A DNA stretch of 64,000 bases from Lingula anatina (lineage: Eukaryota; Animalia; Brachiopoda). The DNA lies in the NCBI GenBank assembly GCA_051362555.1, contig CM120647.1, forward strand, positions 7,688,001-7,752,000. Reading direction: 5' to 3'. The notes beneath the pieces are model-generated. The model ran no database searches and was not told the origin of the DNA. It worked only from the letters and a program-made list of their open reading frames with translations. Below, one piece after another: positions 1 through 15,248 of the stretch (the stretch's first letter is position 1; each line of letters opens with the position of its first letter). Made by a program: the position numbers and the translations under genes.

Positions 1-519
1 CTTTAACAGATTTAAACTTGAGGTCTGACATCTTGTTTGTCATTTTATTACACCTTTGACCAGGTAAAAACATGATACAGGCAAGGGGATAAAGCATATC
101 CACTTGGATCCCTCGATAAGAGCAATACAAGTATTGTGTAGTAGTTGCAAAATAAGTAATAAAGGAAATAACGACGTAGTAGAACATGTTGAAGAAGTTC
201 AACTGCTCGGTGGTTAAACAATAAAATTATCGTTTTGTATTCATACAGCGGTAGTTAAAGTGTAAGTGGCTGTAACATTATAAAATAAAGCACACGTGGA
301 AGTGGGTTCTGTACACGGCCGCCCAAAAGTTAAGCAACCCTTTGGTTCTTCATGGATATTTAAAGAGGCTTGCATCGTTTAGAGCAAAATTAATTAGAAC
401 GGTAACTTATCATGTCCTCACTTTTAAGAGTGAGGGCGTAGGAACACAGCTAACCTCCAAGCAGTTCAACAGTCACTTTCAACTTAACTAAGTAGTCATA
501 GTAGTACATGTAGTTTTAT

Positions 520-730
520 CAGTGGCGGATTTAAGGGGGTGCCAGGGTCCAGACACCCCTTCGATTTCTGTTTAAAAAATGCACCAAAAATGTCTAGCTA
601 AAACATAGTTCTAAAACGTACCAAATGGCGCCTTTTGTCCTCCAAACCTGAAGCCAAGGGGGTGAGGGTCGGCCTCGCAATTTGAGGACTAAAAAAGCCG
701 GACCCCTCAAAAAATTCTGCATCTACCCCT
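520..730. mobile_element. Short inverted-repeat element (CAGTGGCGGATTT...ATCTACCCCT) of a G/C-run-rich MITE-like family; relatives near 3340-3415, 15190-15270, 16615-16893, 50696-50862
   Basis: Shared CAG(T/G)GGCGGAT(C/T)...GATCCGCCCCTG-type termini flanking poly-G/poly-C tracts. Confidence 0.5.
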
Positions 731-1663
731 ATTTATAATTAATAATACAACTATCTTTATTAAAATATTTATTGTTTCCTGTTGTTCAAAATGATTGTAA
801 CATCTAATAATTTTATGAATTTCGTTTCAAATGTCAACTTTTTTGTGCAATGCTACAACTGCACAGATGTATCATTGCAGACACTAAAGATTTAGTCACA
901 AGACATACCAAACGAAACAAAAAAGAAAACAAAACACTTCCTCTCCCCACCCCCACTGCAAATGAACTCTTTTTGGATACAGATGCTATAAAACTAAAAC
1001 TCTTACAATTTGTAATACCTGACTAAAAATAACAAAAATAAAAACAACGACAAACCTGATGGATGATTTAACAAATCCAGGTGTTGCTTCACCTTAAGGC
1101 ATCACTGTAGGCGTATTTGTTCATTTTATATTGCAGATTTATATCTATTTACCGACACATTCTAGGGTTAAAGGACACATAGGGTTGAGGTAAACACCTG
1201 TTACTGCATAAGCAATTCTCGAATGGATTTTTGGCGGTTGTTCCCAAAAGCCAATACAATAAGTTACATATTAAATTTGAAGCTTGACCCAACAGTAGGA
1301 CGCTGCATGACCTTGTAGGGAAGCCAAATTAACAGTAAGCCCTGCTGCAACATTATATCCCATCTCCGCTGTAACAACACACCTGGCAAACGTTTTAAAT
1401 AGTTATGAATATAACCACCACACCTGGAGCGTAATTACTGACAGCGCCGAGAATTAATTACAGCTTTGGAAGTAACTGGCGCGCGATGCCCGTAATTACG
1501 CCGTGGGGTATTCAGGGCACAGACCGTGATCACAAGATATCGCAAATAGATTTTTAGATTTTTAGAAAATAGATTTTTCATGTGAACACAGCCATAATTT
1601 GTTCTGGTATGTCGCATACAGTGGACGATGAGTAGTTGTAACTAACTTTTACCACGGCTGGCA

Positions 1664-1760
1664 CTTCGAACAATATATAGGATGAACGCACCGACGCGCA
1701 TGGAAATAGAGGCAAGCTTTGTATGCGAAATACAAGTGCAATTATCCTATTGTTCGAAGT
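1664..1760. repeat. Short inverted repeat (MITE remnant)
   Basis: CTTCGAACAATA..TAGGAT at the left is complementary to ATCCTATTGTTCGAAG at the right. Confidence 0.5.
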
Positions 1761-2173
1761 GATTAAAAGTGATTAGATTAGGGTGGTCATCAGCGATCCG
1801 GATCATCATCTGGGTCTAGGAATTGTTAATGGATTCCTCGCCATTGCGACGATTCTTCACCATAGCAATGTATGACCTTGAGCCATTGTGCAATGAATGT
1901 GCTCCGAGACCCAACTACCGAAGAGTTATTATCCCTTTAACCATTAACTTCAAAACAAAGTGGCAATTTCCTGGTGAAATCTACGGAAGAAACGACGAGC
2001 TCATTCCCTCTACCGTTCGTGGAAGTCCAGTATACGAGATATATATCTCGTAAGATCTAATTTTTATTATGTCTTTGCTAGAAAAGTAACATTTGCTTAA
2101 TGCTAACATGAAAACCATCATGTGCATACTGTTTTCGCGCAAAATACCAAAACCCATGTAAAGAAAATGTTCG

Positions 2174-2533
2174 TCACTTTTCCTGACGATCCCGAATACA
2201 TTTATAAGAAATAAATGACAACAAGCCGAAACTAAACAGTGCGATATTGGCGAAGCACATTTCCTTGATGCACACGAAGTTTGTCACGCCGAGAAGTATA
2301 GCGCAGATGCCGTAGATGGTGGTCCGGAATATGATGAACATCGGCCATGTTTCATCCGGGAACTCATGTCCAATAAAGGCTGTAAAAGAAAAAATATTTT
2401 TATCATAGTAATAACCATTATAATAATTCCAAATAATAATAATGACATAAAAATAATCATATTAGAAAATAAAATAATCCACGATTAAGCTAGTTGCCCG
2501 TGCTTGCTCCTGAAATACGTATTTTATGATCAT

Positions 2534-2565
<32 letters not shown>

Positions 2566-4584
2566 TATTATTATTATTATTATCCAGAAGTTAGACTCGT
2601 TTTCACATCAAACCAAAGTACCTAATATCATTGGGCTGGTGCCAAAACGAGAGAACCATTCGGCTATGTAACAAATGATTTTTACGGACGAACAGCTTTG
2701 TATACTCTAACTGGACCAATAATTTGAGACAAGCAATGTAGTATTTAAACCAATCAAGTTGTAGGTTTTTTTCCACTGGATGATCGATAAAAACGTTTGT
2801 GTGCGCGGGCTCACGTGTGTGTGTGTGTGCATGTGTGAAACCAACATATACCTGATATCTGCACCATCCATACGGAATCCGTCAAACCGAAAGCGAAAGG
2901 AACCAAGAAAAAATACTCCACTGTGTCCCTTGACGCCTCGAAAAACAACATACTGAACAAGCAGCCTAGTTCCCCACAGGTAGCTGTCACCAACAGGGCA
3001 GTCATCCCGACGTACTTGGTCAGTCGCCCATTCACCAGGGACCCGAGTATGTCCCCAGCGGCAAAACAGATCATCGCCCACCCGTTGTATTCGATGCCAA
3101 GGTTACAACTGACAAAGGCCTGGAATTTCAAATGGAAAATTCAGTTAATGTAAAACTTATATGATTTCTTTCTATATATCTCTTTACAACAGGGCAACAC
3201 TAGGTTCGGGGTCCCCTGTAGTTCGCGTCGTGTGTCCTGCAGTATTCACAAGTAACGAGCAGTTTTTCTTTAAATCAAATAGGCCTATTAGTATATTATG
3301 TTAAGGCATTTTAAAGATGCATTTGGAGCTAGTCGACATGTCAAAGGAGGGAGGGTCGGCTTTACGTCTGTTACCTCCCCCCCCCCCCCCTTCAAATAAT
3401 CCTGGAACCGCCCCTGGGCAGCCTCAACCGACCTTAAACCTACCTTCGAAAACTCTGTGTTCATGAAGTACTGGCTTACGCCATATATGGATATGGCAGG
3501 GAGCAACACAAACACTTTCTTCCTCCACAACAAAGAGAGCACCTTCCCGCCAAAACTCAACGCGCTTTGCACAGCGTCATTGGTGCTAGGTTTTACATTC
3601 TCCAGGAAAATCAGGGCACATAAGAAAGCTAATCCTGTCATTCCAATATAGGCACCGAGTAGTATATGTACAATGTATTGTTCAGGTTGAGTTATGTAAG
3701 TGCCCGATGTATCTTCCCACGGGCAAAACGCAGGCCCGCACAAGTCGGTTAAGTTGTGGTGGGCGTCCAGACCACTAGTCGAATTCAGTCCATCGTTTGG
3801 ATCATTCGGCTTAATCAACACCAGTGACGAGATCAAGTTGCTCCATATACCGCATGTTAAGTACAGAGAATAGAATGCTCCCTGGAAAAGCGACAGCACG
3901 TGCTCTTTACTTTGGCCGGTGACGTCAGCATATTGCAATGCCTGATGGGTAATGAAGACGCCGATTGTTGCCGTTGTCTGGATATGAACTGAAAAGATAA
4001 TGACGTTGTCAGCGCTTTTCTGTTACTTGTATATGCTCAATTTAAATACGTTTAACGTTCATTTAACTATATATATATTGTATTAAGGACATGAAAAGCA
4101 CACTGTAAAGTTCGTACATGTACTCCTGAGTAACAAAAATGATTAAAATAAATAAATAAATTAATTAATTAATAAACTATTATGGGATTTTCAGCACACC
4201 TTTCTATGGTGTTTGTCAGTTCAGCACGCCAACACACACAACATAAACACGCATAAAGATAAACTATGCACACACAGTACATACACAACACACACACACA
4301 CACAGCACAAACACACACCTACTACATGCACAGCTAGTGTTACATGTCACCTTGACCAGTTAGTACGTAAACACAGTCGACATAAAAGATAAGAGTACTA
4401 CCCCTCTTTATACGCACTTTGATACCGGTGTCTCAAAAGTGAATTTGTCGAACTATGCTGATCAAGGTCATAAGTGCGCATGTCCGTTCATATTTATCAA
4501 TACTTAATCCATCCATCCATCTATGAACGTACCCATTCGCCCGTTCATCCACGCTTGCACAGTATATACCTGGTAGACACCTAT

Positions 4585-4631
<47 letters not shown>

Positions 4632-5637
4632 CTTTCAGCTTATAGAGTTTAAACAGAAAATTATTTTGCTGCCATTTGGTTGTTGTGTGGAAGCTTTGTT
4701 GAGGTTAATTCGAAAAATCAGCTGCAAAGATTTTAACAACGTTTTAATTTTTTTTTACAACAACGTTACTATCGATCCTGTTTATATTGGCGAAGTTTCA
4801 GGATTGCTCATTGTTGATCTTTATTTTGTTTTATATTACAAAGTTCCATAATACTTTTTTTATCTGAATAACTGTATTTACTAGCCTTCATGGCGATGCC
4901 AACAAATCCAAAAATTACGGATGCACGTATTCCTTACTTATGTTTTCATGTCTCATTTATCCAAAATCAATAAGTCGGTAAGATTAAAAAGGTAAACTTT
5001 TACTTTATCATTAGATTTAGCATTACGTTGAATAACAATAAAATAACGTTTTTTATGAATCTAAAACTAATGTTAAAATAAATCAAAACTATCTTCAAAA
5101 ATGAAAAAAAAAAAAAAACTCGAGAATTTCGCTAAAATGATGATAAAATCAATAAAACGATATGGGGGTCATTATATCGTTTGCTGGGGGTGGTACACCC
5201 AACCTAGCATCCAACATCTTCTATCCTAAACTGTACTTACCGGCCCCTACAAGAACGGAGACGGGTAACAAGATATAGGGTTCCTGGAAATAATGGGCCG
5301 AGACAAAGACAGCTTGTCCAACCCACCCCAGTAGCACGGACCCCTTGGTGCCAAACGTCCTGGTAAAGAAAGGACCGACGAAAAATATGAAATAGGACCC
5401 AATGTAGTTACACATCAATGCGTAGAAGCCGTACTCTGGAAACAGGATACCCTCTAGATTCCACAAAGCATTGAAGGGAGAGTAACCGATCATGTAGACG
5501 AAGGCAAGAACAAGAAGCTGAAACACTGGCTTCCACTTGCTTTTCGGTTTGGCACTAGGAATCTCCAGCAGGAGCTTTTTCTCCGGAATTTCATCTTCTG
5601 GAATTCTGTGGCTGATGCTCAACACGGCAGGGTCCAT
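2174..5637 (-). CDS. UNC-93-like MFS membrane protein (UNC93A-like), 4 coding exons: 5637-5241, 3988-3444, 3119-2852, 2379-2174
   Basis: In-frame GT-AG junctions join ORFs 5221..5637, 3288..3938, 2811..3131 and a last exon ending ...RDRQEK-TGA. UNC-93 motifs: F-G-FY...W-NLISSLVL, luminal loop CGPAFCPW, EFSK|AFVSCNLG...GWAMICF. About 12 hydrophobic segments. Confidence 0.85.
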
Positions 5638-5979
5638 TCTGTGTTTTGTCGTCTCGCTTTTGAAGGAGTGACATCACCCCACTGATACTTACATGTATCT
5701 TATCTAGGAATGTGTTTATTTTGTCTGGTTATGTAGGCCTGAGTGAAATCTTCTGACGTCAAGCCGAAGTCTCAGAGTTTATTAGATAACCTCTTTTATC
5801 AACATATGCTTCTCAGAAGTTCCATTTATAACGATCTAGCACGGATTCAGGGTTTTGTAAGGAGGGGGTGTGGGCAAAAATAAAAAAGATACACATAATG
5901 TGTGTTCTTAATGAAACTATCGCATTATGGAGTTCGAACTTACTAATAGGGGACTCTCGCTGAATGCAATTAGATTAAC

Positions 5980-6194
5980 ACCCCATTTCCATAGATTAGA
6001 TCGACCTACTTTAGATCGACCTAACTCCCTGGGGGTTCACGCTAAATAGCTGTCAGCCGGGCGGACACGAAAGTTAATTACCCCCTTAAAGCTTGTAGTA
6101 GGCGGGACGGACATTTAAGTCGGATTATCTGAAAGTAATCTAGTGAGACTCCCCGCGGGGATAGATCGATCTAAAATCTATGGGAATAGAGCCT
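5980..6194. mobile_element. MITE family A (~240 bp, PIF/Harbinger-like); other copies at 31468-31714, 40263-40485, 41990-42125 (partial), 44101-44343, 47960-48176, 48590-48845, 62655-62892
   Basis: Shared TIR ...TTCCCA(T/C)AGAT / ATCT(A/G)TGGGAA..., GATCGATC motifs, core GTCTGTC(A/C)CGCCTAC; TTA/TAA-like flanks in several copies. Confidence 0.8.
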
Positions 6195-7961
6195 AAGAGA
6201 TTAACACGCCTCTCTCGGCAGAATACAGAAAAGCTGGTGATTATAAGAGTACGTTGGGAAAGGGAAGAGGCGTACGAGTGTTCATCTGTTAATGTTATTG
6301 CATTCAGCGAGGGTCCCCTGCCTAGACCGATAGTTTCATTAAGAATGAACCCTAAGGTTCGATGATGTACTGGACTTGTCAGATATCAGTATTTATATGA
6401 CGTCATTTACTACCACGTGTGCATTGTCTGGGACAGTACGCCGGTACTGAGGCCTACAGGTTAATATCAGAGCAAGTCTGAAACCTGTCCTTGGGCTACA
6501 GTCTGAGCCTGCCAAACCTTGGCTGACTACCCAGCGTTGTACAAACAATCCAATCCTAAAGACCGCTGATTATTTATTTATTTATTTAGCCTCGATTACA
6601 GGTTGGGTAACAAAATGGAAATACTTACTAAGAATACAAGGATTCAGTATCTCTTTAGAAATATAAGAGGATTAGGCGTCTAATCCAAAATTTAACTCTG
6701 TAAAATGTAACGTTTCAAGGTACTTTACAAGGGATTAACTTGCCAAAATGAAGTTTTCTCGGAAAAAAAACGCTTATTCTTACTCGCGAAACGTTGTTTG
6801 ACGCGTCCCTGTACTTGGCTGTGATTTTTTTTTTTCTATTTTTAATTTTATGACTTAATTATGAATGACTGTCCAGTCATTGAAAGAAAGCCATAGCATG
6901 TCTTTCTGTACATTTCAGACGAGGTATCGGCAGCAAGTGCCTTGAAGGGCACGAAATTGATTTTATACATGCTCAAATCAGTTTATCTCCCTCTGGATTT
7001 GCGAGCGTACACCAACGTTAGCCTGCGTGCTTGAGACGTATACGACGTAAGTCGAACGAACCCTTAGTGTTTGTCTGCGTATGGGCTTTTTTTTCTCATA
7101 CGCTAAGTCTGAAAGTACCTTACGCCACGCTGCGTAGCAGCTAGACAATTATCTGTAACAGGGTCCCATATGAGGGGAATTATGATCACAGTTAAGGGGT
7201 AATAAAATCAATTAACAAAGCACAGTAAATAAAGGTTTATTTATATTTCACTGATAATCAAAAATGCCAAAAATCACGAATCACCTGGTATAATGACTTC
7301 GTTGCACTTAGCGCAAAGAATAAAAAGGCGCATTCGCGATTCACGAGAATGTGGTACATCACGGATCACGCATCTCGGGAAATAAAAAAGGTATTTTCAC
7401 GGGTAACGAAAGTAGGCCTATACAATGCGCCCGCTCCTGTGCTAGCGTGCACCAATTCCATATTGCGCAATTAAATTTATTCAAAGTGTTATTATTGACG
7501 TCTGTCTTGCATAAATATTTATCCTTCTCTATAGGGACCTATGCTTATGACTGCAACAGATGCATATCACCTGTTAATATTGCAAAACAATTAGTATGTA
7601 AATCACTAGCAGCCAATGGCATGCATAGATTCCCTTTAGATAAACTTGTATAAAGTCTGCTTATTTGTACATAAATAAAAGACACTTAAGATTTGGAACT
7701 GAAGGCGGGAGGTTGTTCTGTTCTGTTTCTCTGTGTACGTAAAGTGAAAGACTGGGTCAGAACTAAGTTATGTCGGAGCCCTTAGATTAGTTAAATCGTT
7801 GATAAAAAGTAATACGCTGGAATTCAGCACAATTATTCGTTGGAGTGAAAGCCATTTTGGACGGTTGACAACACTAGGCCTGTTTCTCCAATATTTCCCT
7901 ACATAAGAACTCTTAATATTGCTATTACAGCAAAGTTGAGGAGATTAGCGCTTCCAAAAAC

Positions 7962-9167
7962 ATGATCGAAGATGAACCAGACAACGTCGACTTTGGGGAC
8001 GGGGTCAAGGATTTCGACGACATCCTTGTGTTAATTGGCGAATTCGGAAAGTTCCAAAAATTAGTCTTCTTGTTACTCTCCATAGCAAGTATTCTACCAG
8101 CCATGGATTATGCTGCAGTTGTCTTTATAGAGGAGACTCCTGACTTCAGGTAGGTACATGTACGAAAGATGGGATTACTTGTAATTTCATAATGTGTACT
8201 CTGTGCTCTTTTGCATTATATCCATTCATTTCATTCACCTTGAGAGAGGGAGGGAGGTAGAGAGGGTACGAATAGAGATATTAACGTATTGTCAAAGTTT
8301 GAATTAGTTAAACCTTAATTTTGGTTGTGATTTTTTGTGTAGGCCTACATGCACGTTTATAACACACACCTCCCCCCCAAAAAAGAGAGATAGATAGATA
8401 TAGATAGATAGATAGATCACACTTCATAGGAACAAGTGTGCCTTATAAGTTATGAGCCTATAAATACCTCATCTGACAGAAATAAATAAAACCCATTATA
8501 AACTTGCACAGAATCCCAATGTGTATCTGTTGATGCATTTATTTGAAGGTGTAGACTCCCCGGAGATTTGAACGACTCTTACTCTCCAGGGATGGCACTG
8601 TACCTAAACACAAGTGATCACGTGACATCAAATGCAACGGCGCAATGTACACAACTCGATGTCGTTATCAATCACCAGGGGAATGTCAGCCAAGACGGGA
8701 CACACCCGAGCAAATGCACCGAATGGGTGTTTGATACTTCAGTAGTAAAGCATTCATACCCCATGCAGGTAAACTAATAACTAATAAGCAATCAAATAAC
8801 GGACAGTATGATGAATTATTATATCAAATTACAATAATCAAAATATTGACATTGATTGACTAAAAAATACATTGATGTTTTCTAATAACCCATACGAAAA
8901 AGTCCTATAGGATCCTATAAGATCCTATAGGATCATATAGGAAATTGGATCTTATAGGATCCTATAGGACTTTTTCGTAAGGGAAGAGCATGTACGAAGT
9001 GGTATACATGTATATATCTCATTTATCAGTTTATTGAAATATTACATATTACATATTATTGCAAATTGATTAATATACTACCTTAACAATTCTCTACTTG
9101 CCGCATAAATTACCAATGTCAAATTTTATAAAACAGCTTTAACAGTGGTAATTTCTAGATGCTTACA

Positions 9168-9210
<43 letters not shown>

Positions 9211-9824
9211 TAGTTCAAACTGGTCTGTGATAATTCCTGGATGCTCACGTTCTCTTACATCATGTACGTGTCGGGGACTTTGATTGGTGGTTTGGCGTTC
9301 GGTTTACTGTCAGACTGGTATGTATTATTTTATTAATCCATAAGATATAATTAATTCGTTTATTTCATTTTGAGTGTATTTTTGCCTATAAAATATTTTT
9401 CCGCTTCTGTAACTTGTATAAATGGCGAACCGTCCGTATCAAAGCAGAAGTTACTTTTCTCATCATTTGTCAAATCTACTTTTCTCTTCTCTAAATATTT
9501 AGTATTCACTTACCTGTACTCTTTTGTCTACAAACAAGCCTCCAAATGTGGCGGTGGATTGAGAAAAAAAACTCATCAAAAATACTATTCAACTTTTTAA
9601 AAGATTTAACCCGGGTACTTTCCTTTCAGGGCCGGCAGAAGGTTTTCTCTCCTGCTTGCCTTAGGGTTGAGTGGGTTCTTCGGATTAGGCTGGGTCTTTT
9701 CACCCACATATCCTTGTAGTATAGCTATACGGTTCATGTACGGAATGTTTACCAGCGAAATATTTACTCTCAGCACGACATTAGGTAACGACCATTTTTG
9801 TTATTATATAATAACGATAATATA

Positions 9825-9875
<51 letters not shown>

Positions 9876-12800
9876 TACTCTTTGCATGGTGCTTGCATTT
9901 GTTTTCAAAGTTGAAAAGAAACTAGCTAATGTTTTATATACTAGCAGTATTCACACCGAGCCACAAACAGCTATAATATGGTCTAACACGTGTGTTCACA
10001 TTAACGCATTTTTATTCTTTAAGCCCTGGAGCTTGTAGGGCCTCACAAACGCATGATAGCCGGAACAGCTGTGGGTATCGTCTCCACGGCGGGCGGAGTA
10101 GTGGTAACGGGAATAGCCTATTTTCTGCGAGACTGGCGCCATCTACAGTTATCAATATCTGCGCCGTATTTAGTATTTGCAGCGACTTTGTTTTGGTAAA
10201 CATTTTTATACTTTAAACATTGGACACATTAAAATTTAAATATGCTTTCATGAGAAAAGTTCCAGAATTAATTTTTCGATGAGTTTAATTTAACCATTTA
10301 TACGTCTGATAATAATTTAATGAATAGGCCTATATGAATATATATTAAATGTATTAAATAATTGGAAATTATTTATTATTTTTGTGGCTGTTGCTGTAAT
10401 TTATTTATTTATGAACATACTAATGTATTTAATATTATATAATGGAATGTATTGTAATGTATTGTAATGTAATGTAATTTGATTACTTTTATCAGTTATC
10501 ATTGTGATGATATAATCACGGACATAATGACGAATCTCTCATTATGTTCATGATATAATTAATAAATGTTAGAATTAAATTGCACATATCCACCTAACAG
10601 GCTCCTTCCTGAATCTCCACGATGGCTGCTAACGAAAGGACGTCACGAGGAAGCCGAGAAGATCCTGAGGCGTGCAGCGAAAATGAACGGCAAAGAATTC
10701 CCCAAGGGCCTTCTGACCAAGGTGGAAATAAACGAGCTACCTAGCACGAGTATCCGGGCTCTACTACACGCCCCAAAATTGATGTTTAGGATGCTGTTGT
10801 TGTATATTAATTGGTATGTATGTTTCGGATATCGAAACCGGTATACAGGGTACATCAATAGGCTCAAATAATAATAATAATAGATAGATAGATAGATAGA
10901 TAGATAACAAATAAAACAAATAAAAAATGATAACAAAGTTTTATGACAAAAGTTTCACAGGTACCTTTGCTAGTCGACCATGAAATTGTATTACTATCCA
11001 ACGTGTAGAAATTTCGCGCAGCCTTTGGAATTAGAATCGCCTAGGCTACTATCTATTTCATGAAAGTTATTCGGCTTCAGTTCTTATTCAAAATTTTGTG
11101 TGCAGGTTGTACTGGTACATGCTTGGCGCCAACAGTTACGTCAAAACCATCCCGGTGAACATTGTGCAAACTTAAAACTTCTTCACTAATCACTCTTTGT
11201 AAAGATAAGATAGATTAACTATCCACGGTACATTTTTCTCTTTTAGTATAATTTTTTCTTAAACACCTGTTTTGGTTGACTCCTCAAAAAGAGTTCACTA
11301 AAAAGCCTAACAAATTAGACATTTTTCCCATAATTTCATCATTTCTTTGAAATATTTCTTCATTTCTTACAGGATGGTACTCGATATGACACACTATGGG
11401 ATAAATCTCCATACGGGCAACATGGCGGGGAACATCTACCTGAACTTTTTACTCTACTCTCTCGTGGATTTCCCCGGATACGCCCTGTGTTTTACCATAG
11501 ACAGATTTGGTCGGAAGAAGATTTACACGCTGTGTTTAGTCACGGGCGGCCTGGCATGCCTTTCAACACTCTTCGTACATCTCTATGGAGAGGAAGGTAA
11601 AAATAATAAAAAAGGGAACATTTGAGACACGTTGGTGATAAATAAATTTTACATTAAAAACGCGCCTATAAATATCAAGCATGAAGTATAAAAAATATAA
11701 GAAGTGCCCAAGCTTTCCTTATTCTGATAGCACACAAGCCGAAAGCTCGGGGTCTTTTTATCTATCATTTTTTTATCTTTAAAAGATGCGTTCTTTATGT
11801 AATTTACGGATTTCTTATTCAAGATCTGTATAAGATCGATGTGATTATGATGAATCTTCAAAGTCACGCACGCATTTTGTGTAATATTTATTTTATGTTT
11901 ATTTTCCGTTACTGTTGCTTTCTTGTCATAACGTAGGGTTCTGCAGTATAAACATCAACAATAATGGGTCAGATCCGAATATTGCAATTATAACGAAAAA
12001 AATATGCGCGTCACTGGTGCAATTCAAATGTTCATTTTAAAGTGGACGTTATCTATCATGTAAAATCGATGTCGTCATTATTTTATGATTTTTGTGATTC
12101 TCCATCGACCTCCTATCCTAGACAAAACCCTGTATATTAAAGTATAGAGTGTCAGAAGGCGAATAAGTTTGTTTTTTTATTATTTTTTTTCCATAGAAAC
12201 TAATGTCTGTCGGTGTGATAGATCTACATTATATCGGATGGATAAAAAAAACGCAACGAATTTTAAAATGTAATAGTTAATAAATAAATAAATGAATAAA
12301 TATTCACTATAATTATTAAAAAATCAACAATCCAATTGTTACATCCGTCCATGGTCTTAATCCTGAAGTTTCTTTTCCGTTCTTTTACATGTATCTCGTT
12401 TTTTTATTGACTTGTTCAATTTTTTCCAGATGCTACTTATTCTTACTACGTCAAAATGGCGCTCTCTACAGTCGGGAAATTAGGAATCGCGGCAGCTTAC
12501 GGAATCAGTTACATATGGGGTGTTGAACTGTTCCCGACTGTGGTCCGTAACTTCAGTTTAGGTCTAGGGTCGGTGGCTTCCTGCGCGGGGGCTATTCTTA
12601 CACCAATAGTTGTCGTAAGTATTACTATTAATGAGAAAATTACTGTCCCTTGCTAAGGGAGGGGTGTTTGATTTCCCTAGAACTTCGATACTTTGCCCCG
12701 AAAGGTACGACTATTTTTAACTATTTTTAACTTTAAAAACATGATAAAATGTTCACGTGTAGAATACTGAAGAAATGGTGTGAGTATTAAGAAGAAAAAA

Positions 12801-13754
12801 ATGTCCAACCTTTAGCGCATAGGCCTATAATAAAGAATTGGTGAATTTATAATATTGCTCATTATGATAGTAATTAAATATGATAATAAAATAATGATGA
12901 ATATTGGTAAATGATTAAAAACGTGAATGAATATAATTTTAAAATAAATACATGAATAAGATTTAAAATAAATAGATAGATACAATGTACAAACAAAATG
13001 ATGAATTGGAATTTAACATATACTAAAATTTTAAAATTCAGAGAGAAGTCAAGGCAGACAGTATAGGAGAGGACACTCTGCCACTCGTGATATTCGGAGT
13101 GGCCGCCATATTTGGAGCCATATGTACGATACCCTTGCCAGAAACGACGAACCGAGACTTACCCGAAACTATAGAAGACGCGGAGAATTTTCAAAGGTAC
13201 ATTTCCGTTTATTAGTATTATTATTATTATCATTATTATTATTATTGTAAATGTAAACCAAACGCGTCTTTGAAAATTGGCTAACTATTTAAATGACTAA
13301 AATTAACTAATTTTAAAATGACTAACCAAATATTTATTATGTGGAAAAATATCAACACAGAAGCAATGTACATGTACATGTATGTTTTTTCGAGTAAAAA
13401 TGTTTTAAAAATTGGGGGAAAAATCCACTGTACATGTATACAAGGCATGACTGGATTTTGACCACAAGATCTGCACATAGCAGAGCTTGAGAACGTTTAA
13501 TTGATTAAAAGTCTATTTGTGCGTGCTTGTTTGCGCCCTCATTTATACAAGACCGTGTCCGTGCAAGAGCGGATGGGGGGGGGGGGGGGGGGGGGGGGTT
13601 TGGACTGACTAGCCTTAATTACATCATTACCATTTTTGATTCCAGACGCACAAAACGCAAACTCGATGAAAAAGAATACTACATTTCACCAACGATCGAA
13701 ATGACGGAGATGCCACGGAAAAACGTATCAGCCACATCGCGCTTATCTATATGA
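7962..13754 (+). CDS. SLC22-family organic cation transporter (Orct-like), 10 exons: 7962-8149, 8549-8768, 9214-9317, 9630-9784, 10024-10195, 10601-10813, 11373-11596, 12430-12614, 13042-13196, 13646-13754
   Basis: SLC22 signatures in consistent phase: [76 protein letters not shown]. All introns GT-AG. Confidence 0.92.
8888..8983. repeat. Near-perfect palindrome (hairpin MITE) in SLC22 intron 2
   Basis: TACGAAAAAGTCCTATAGGATCCTATAAGATCC is the reverse complement of GGATCTTATAGGATCCTATAGGACTTTTTCGTA. Confidence 0.8.
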
Positions 13755-14154
13755 TAACGAAAAACAATTTAAACCGAATAACGAAAACAGAAACCAAATA
13801 GAGCAATAGAAAACTTTTTTAGTATGTATGTATGTATGTATGTATGTATGTATTATTATTATTATTATTATTATTATTTTGATACTCATAAAGTTTGTCA
13901 GTAGGTTACATCAGAATACCCATGATTGTGAAAGGATAGGACATACAAGTACACATTAACAGCGGCTCTTCCGGGAACTTGGGTACATTGAAGGCAGCCT
14001 ACTGTAGAAAGACCTATTGGAATTTGAATCTTGAATCATCAAATGCAGCTGTGGTCTTTCGCTTTCTTAAAAAAAAGAGCATTTACTTAAATGTGTGGTA
14101 GGCGCATGTACACCTGTAATAAATAAACAGGGCGTATATAGATAGGGAAGAGGC

Positions 14155-14198
<44 letters not shown>

Positions 14199-14929
14199 AT
14201 AGGGCCTAAGAAAAACGATTGACAAAAAAATGAAAAGTGGCCTACGTATTGATTGAAATCAATAAAAATAAAAATTGATTGACTTTGCTGCTTGGATGAA
14301 ACACGCACCTCTCAGGGTCGATGGCTGAGTAGGCCTTGTAGGTCTAAGCTTGAGGCAGCTGTTGAAGTCTACAATAGGGTACTAGTATATGGGCCCTTCC
14401 TGTAAGCAGGTTATTTTAATAATTGGTATGACAAAGGTCTTCATAAGTGATAGGACCTCACTGCCGTTTAGGATCTCGAGTCATGGATTTCACAAAGAAA
14501 ACATTCTTTTCAAAACATTTTCAAAACATATTCAAAACATTATTCTCACAAAGATAGCATTGGACTTCCATTTACGCTTTATTTTTGTCAAGTTTTTAAC
14601 TTGTTTTAACAAAATAAACCAGAGTAATACCTGCAGGTTAAAAAACGAACTACATGTAAAAGGCGTCTTATTCAAGATTGACGTAATTTTATTCAAGCGT
14701 TTTTTTTTTTTTTATTTTATTATTATTATTATTATTTTTTTTTTTTTGTAATCAATTTCAATATCTTCACAGCAAAATACTGAATATTTACATTTAACAA
14801 CAAGGAATTCTACGAATTCTACTGATTCGCTTTTATAATTATCTCGTCCTAATTAGATTAAAAAGCATTCCCTTAAAAATTTTGATGTGGCAGGCTCAGA
14901 TGTGCAGTTGGTGAGTTTACGGGCATATT

Positions 14930-15199
14930 TCATCCACGCCAGGGACTCACGATCTTACAACTTTTTACGGTGTGCCACTCTGAAATGGCACAATTATCAT
15001 CATCTTCATCATCTTCATCGTCATCAGAAGAGGAAACTGTTTTGGTAGCGGCGTTTTTCTTTGTCCGACTTTCTTTGAAGGATCTGGGAAAAATGATGCC
15101 ACAATGATGAACGTTCGTTTTCTTAAGGCGGGTTATGCTTCCTTTCTGTTGTAGAGTTTTAAAACATTTTAAATGGCACTTTACATCCATGCGTTTTAC

Positions 15200-15248
<49 letters not shown>

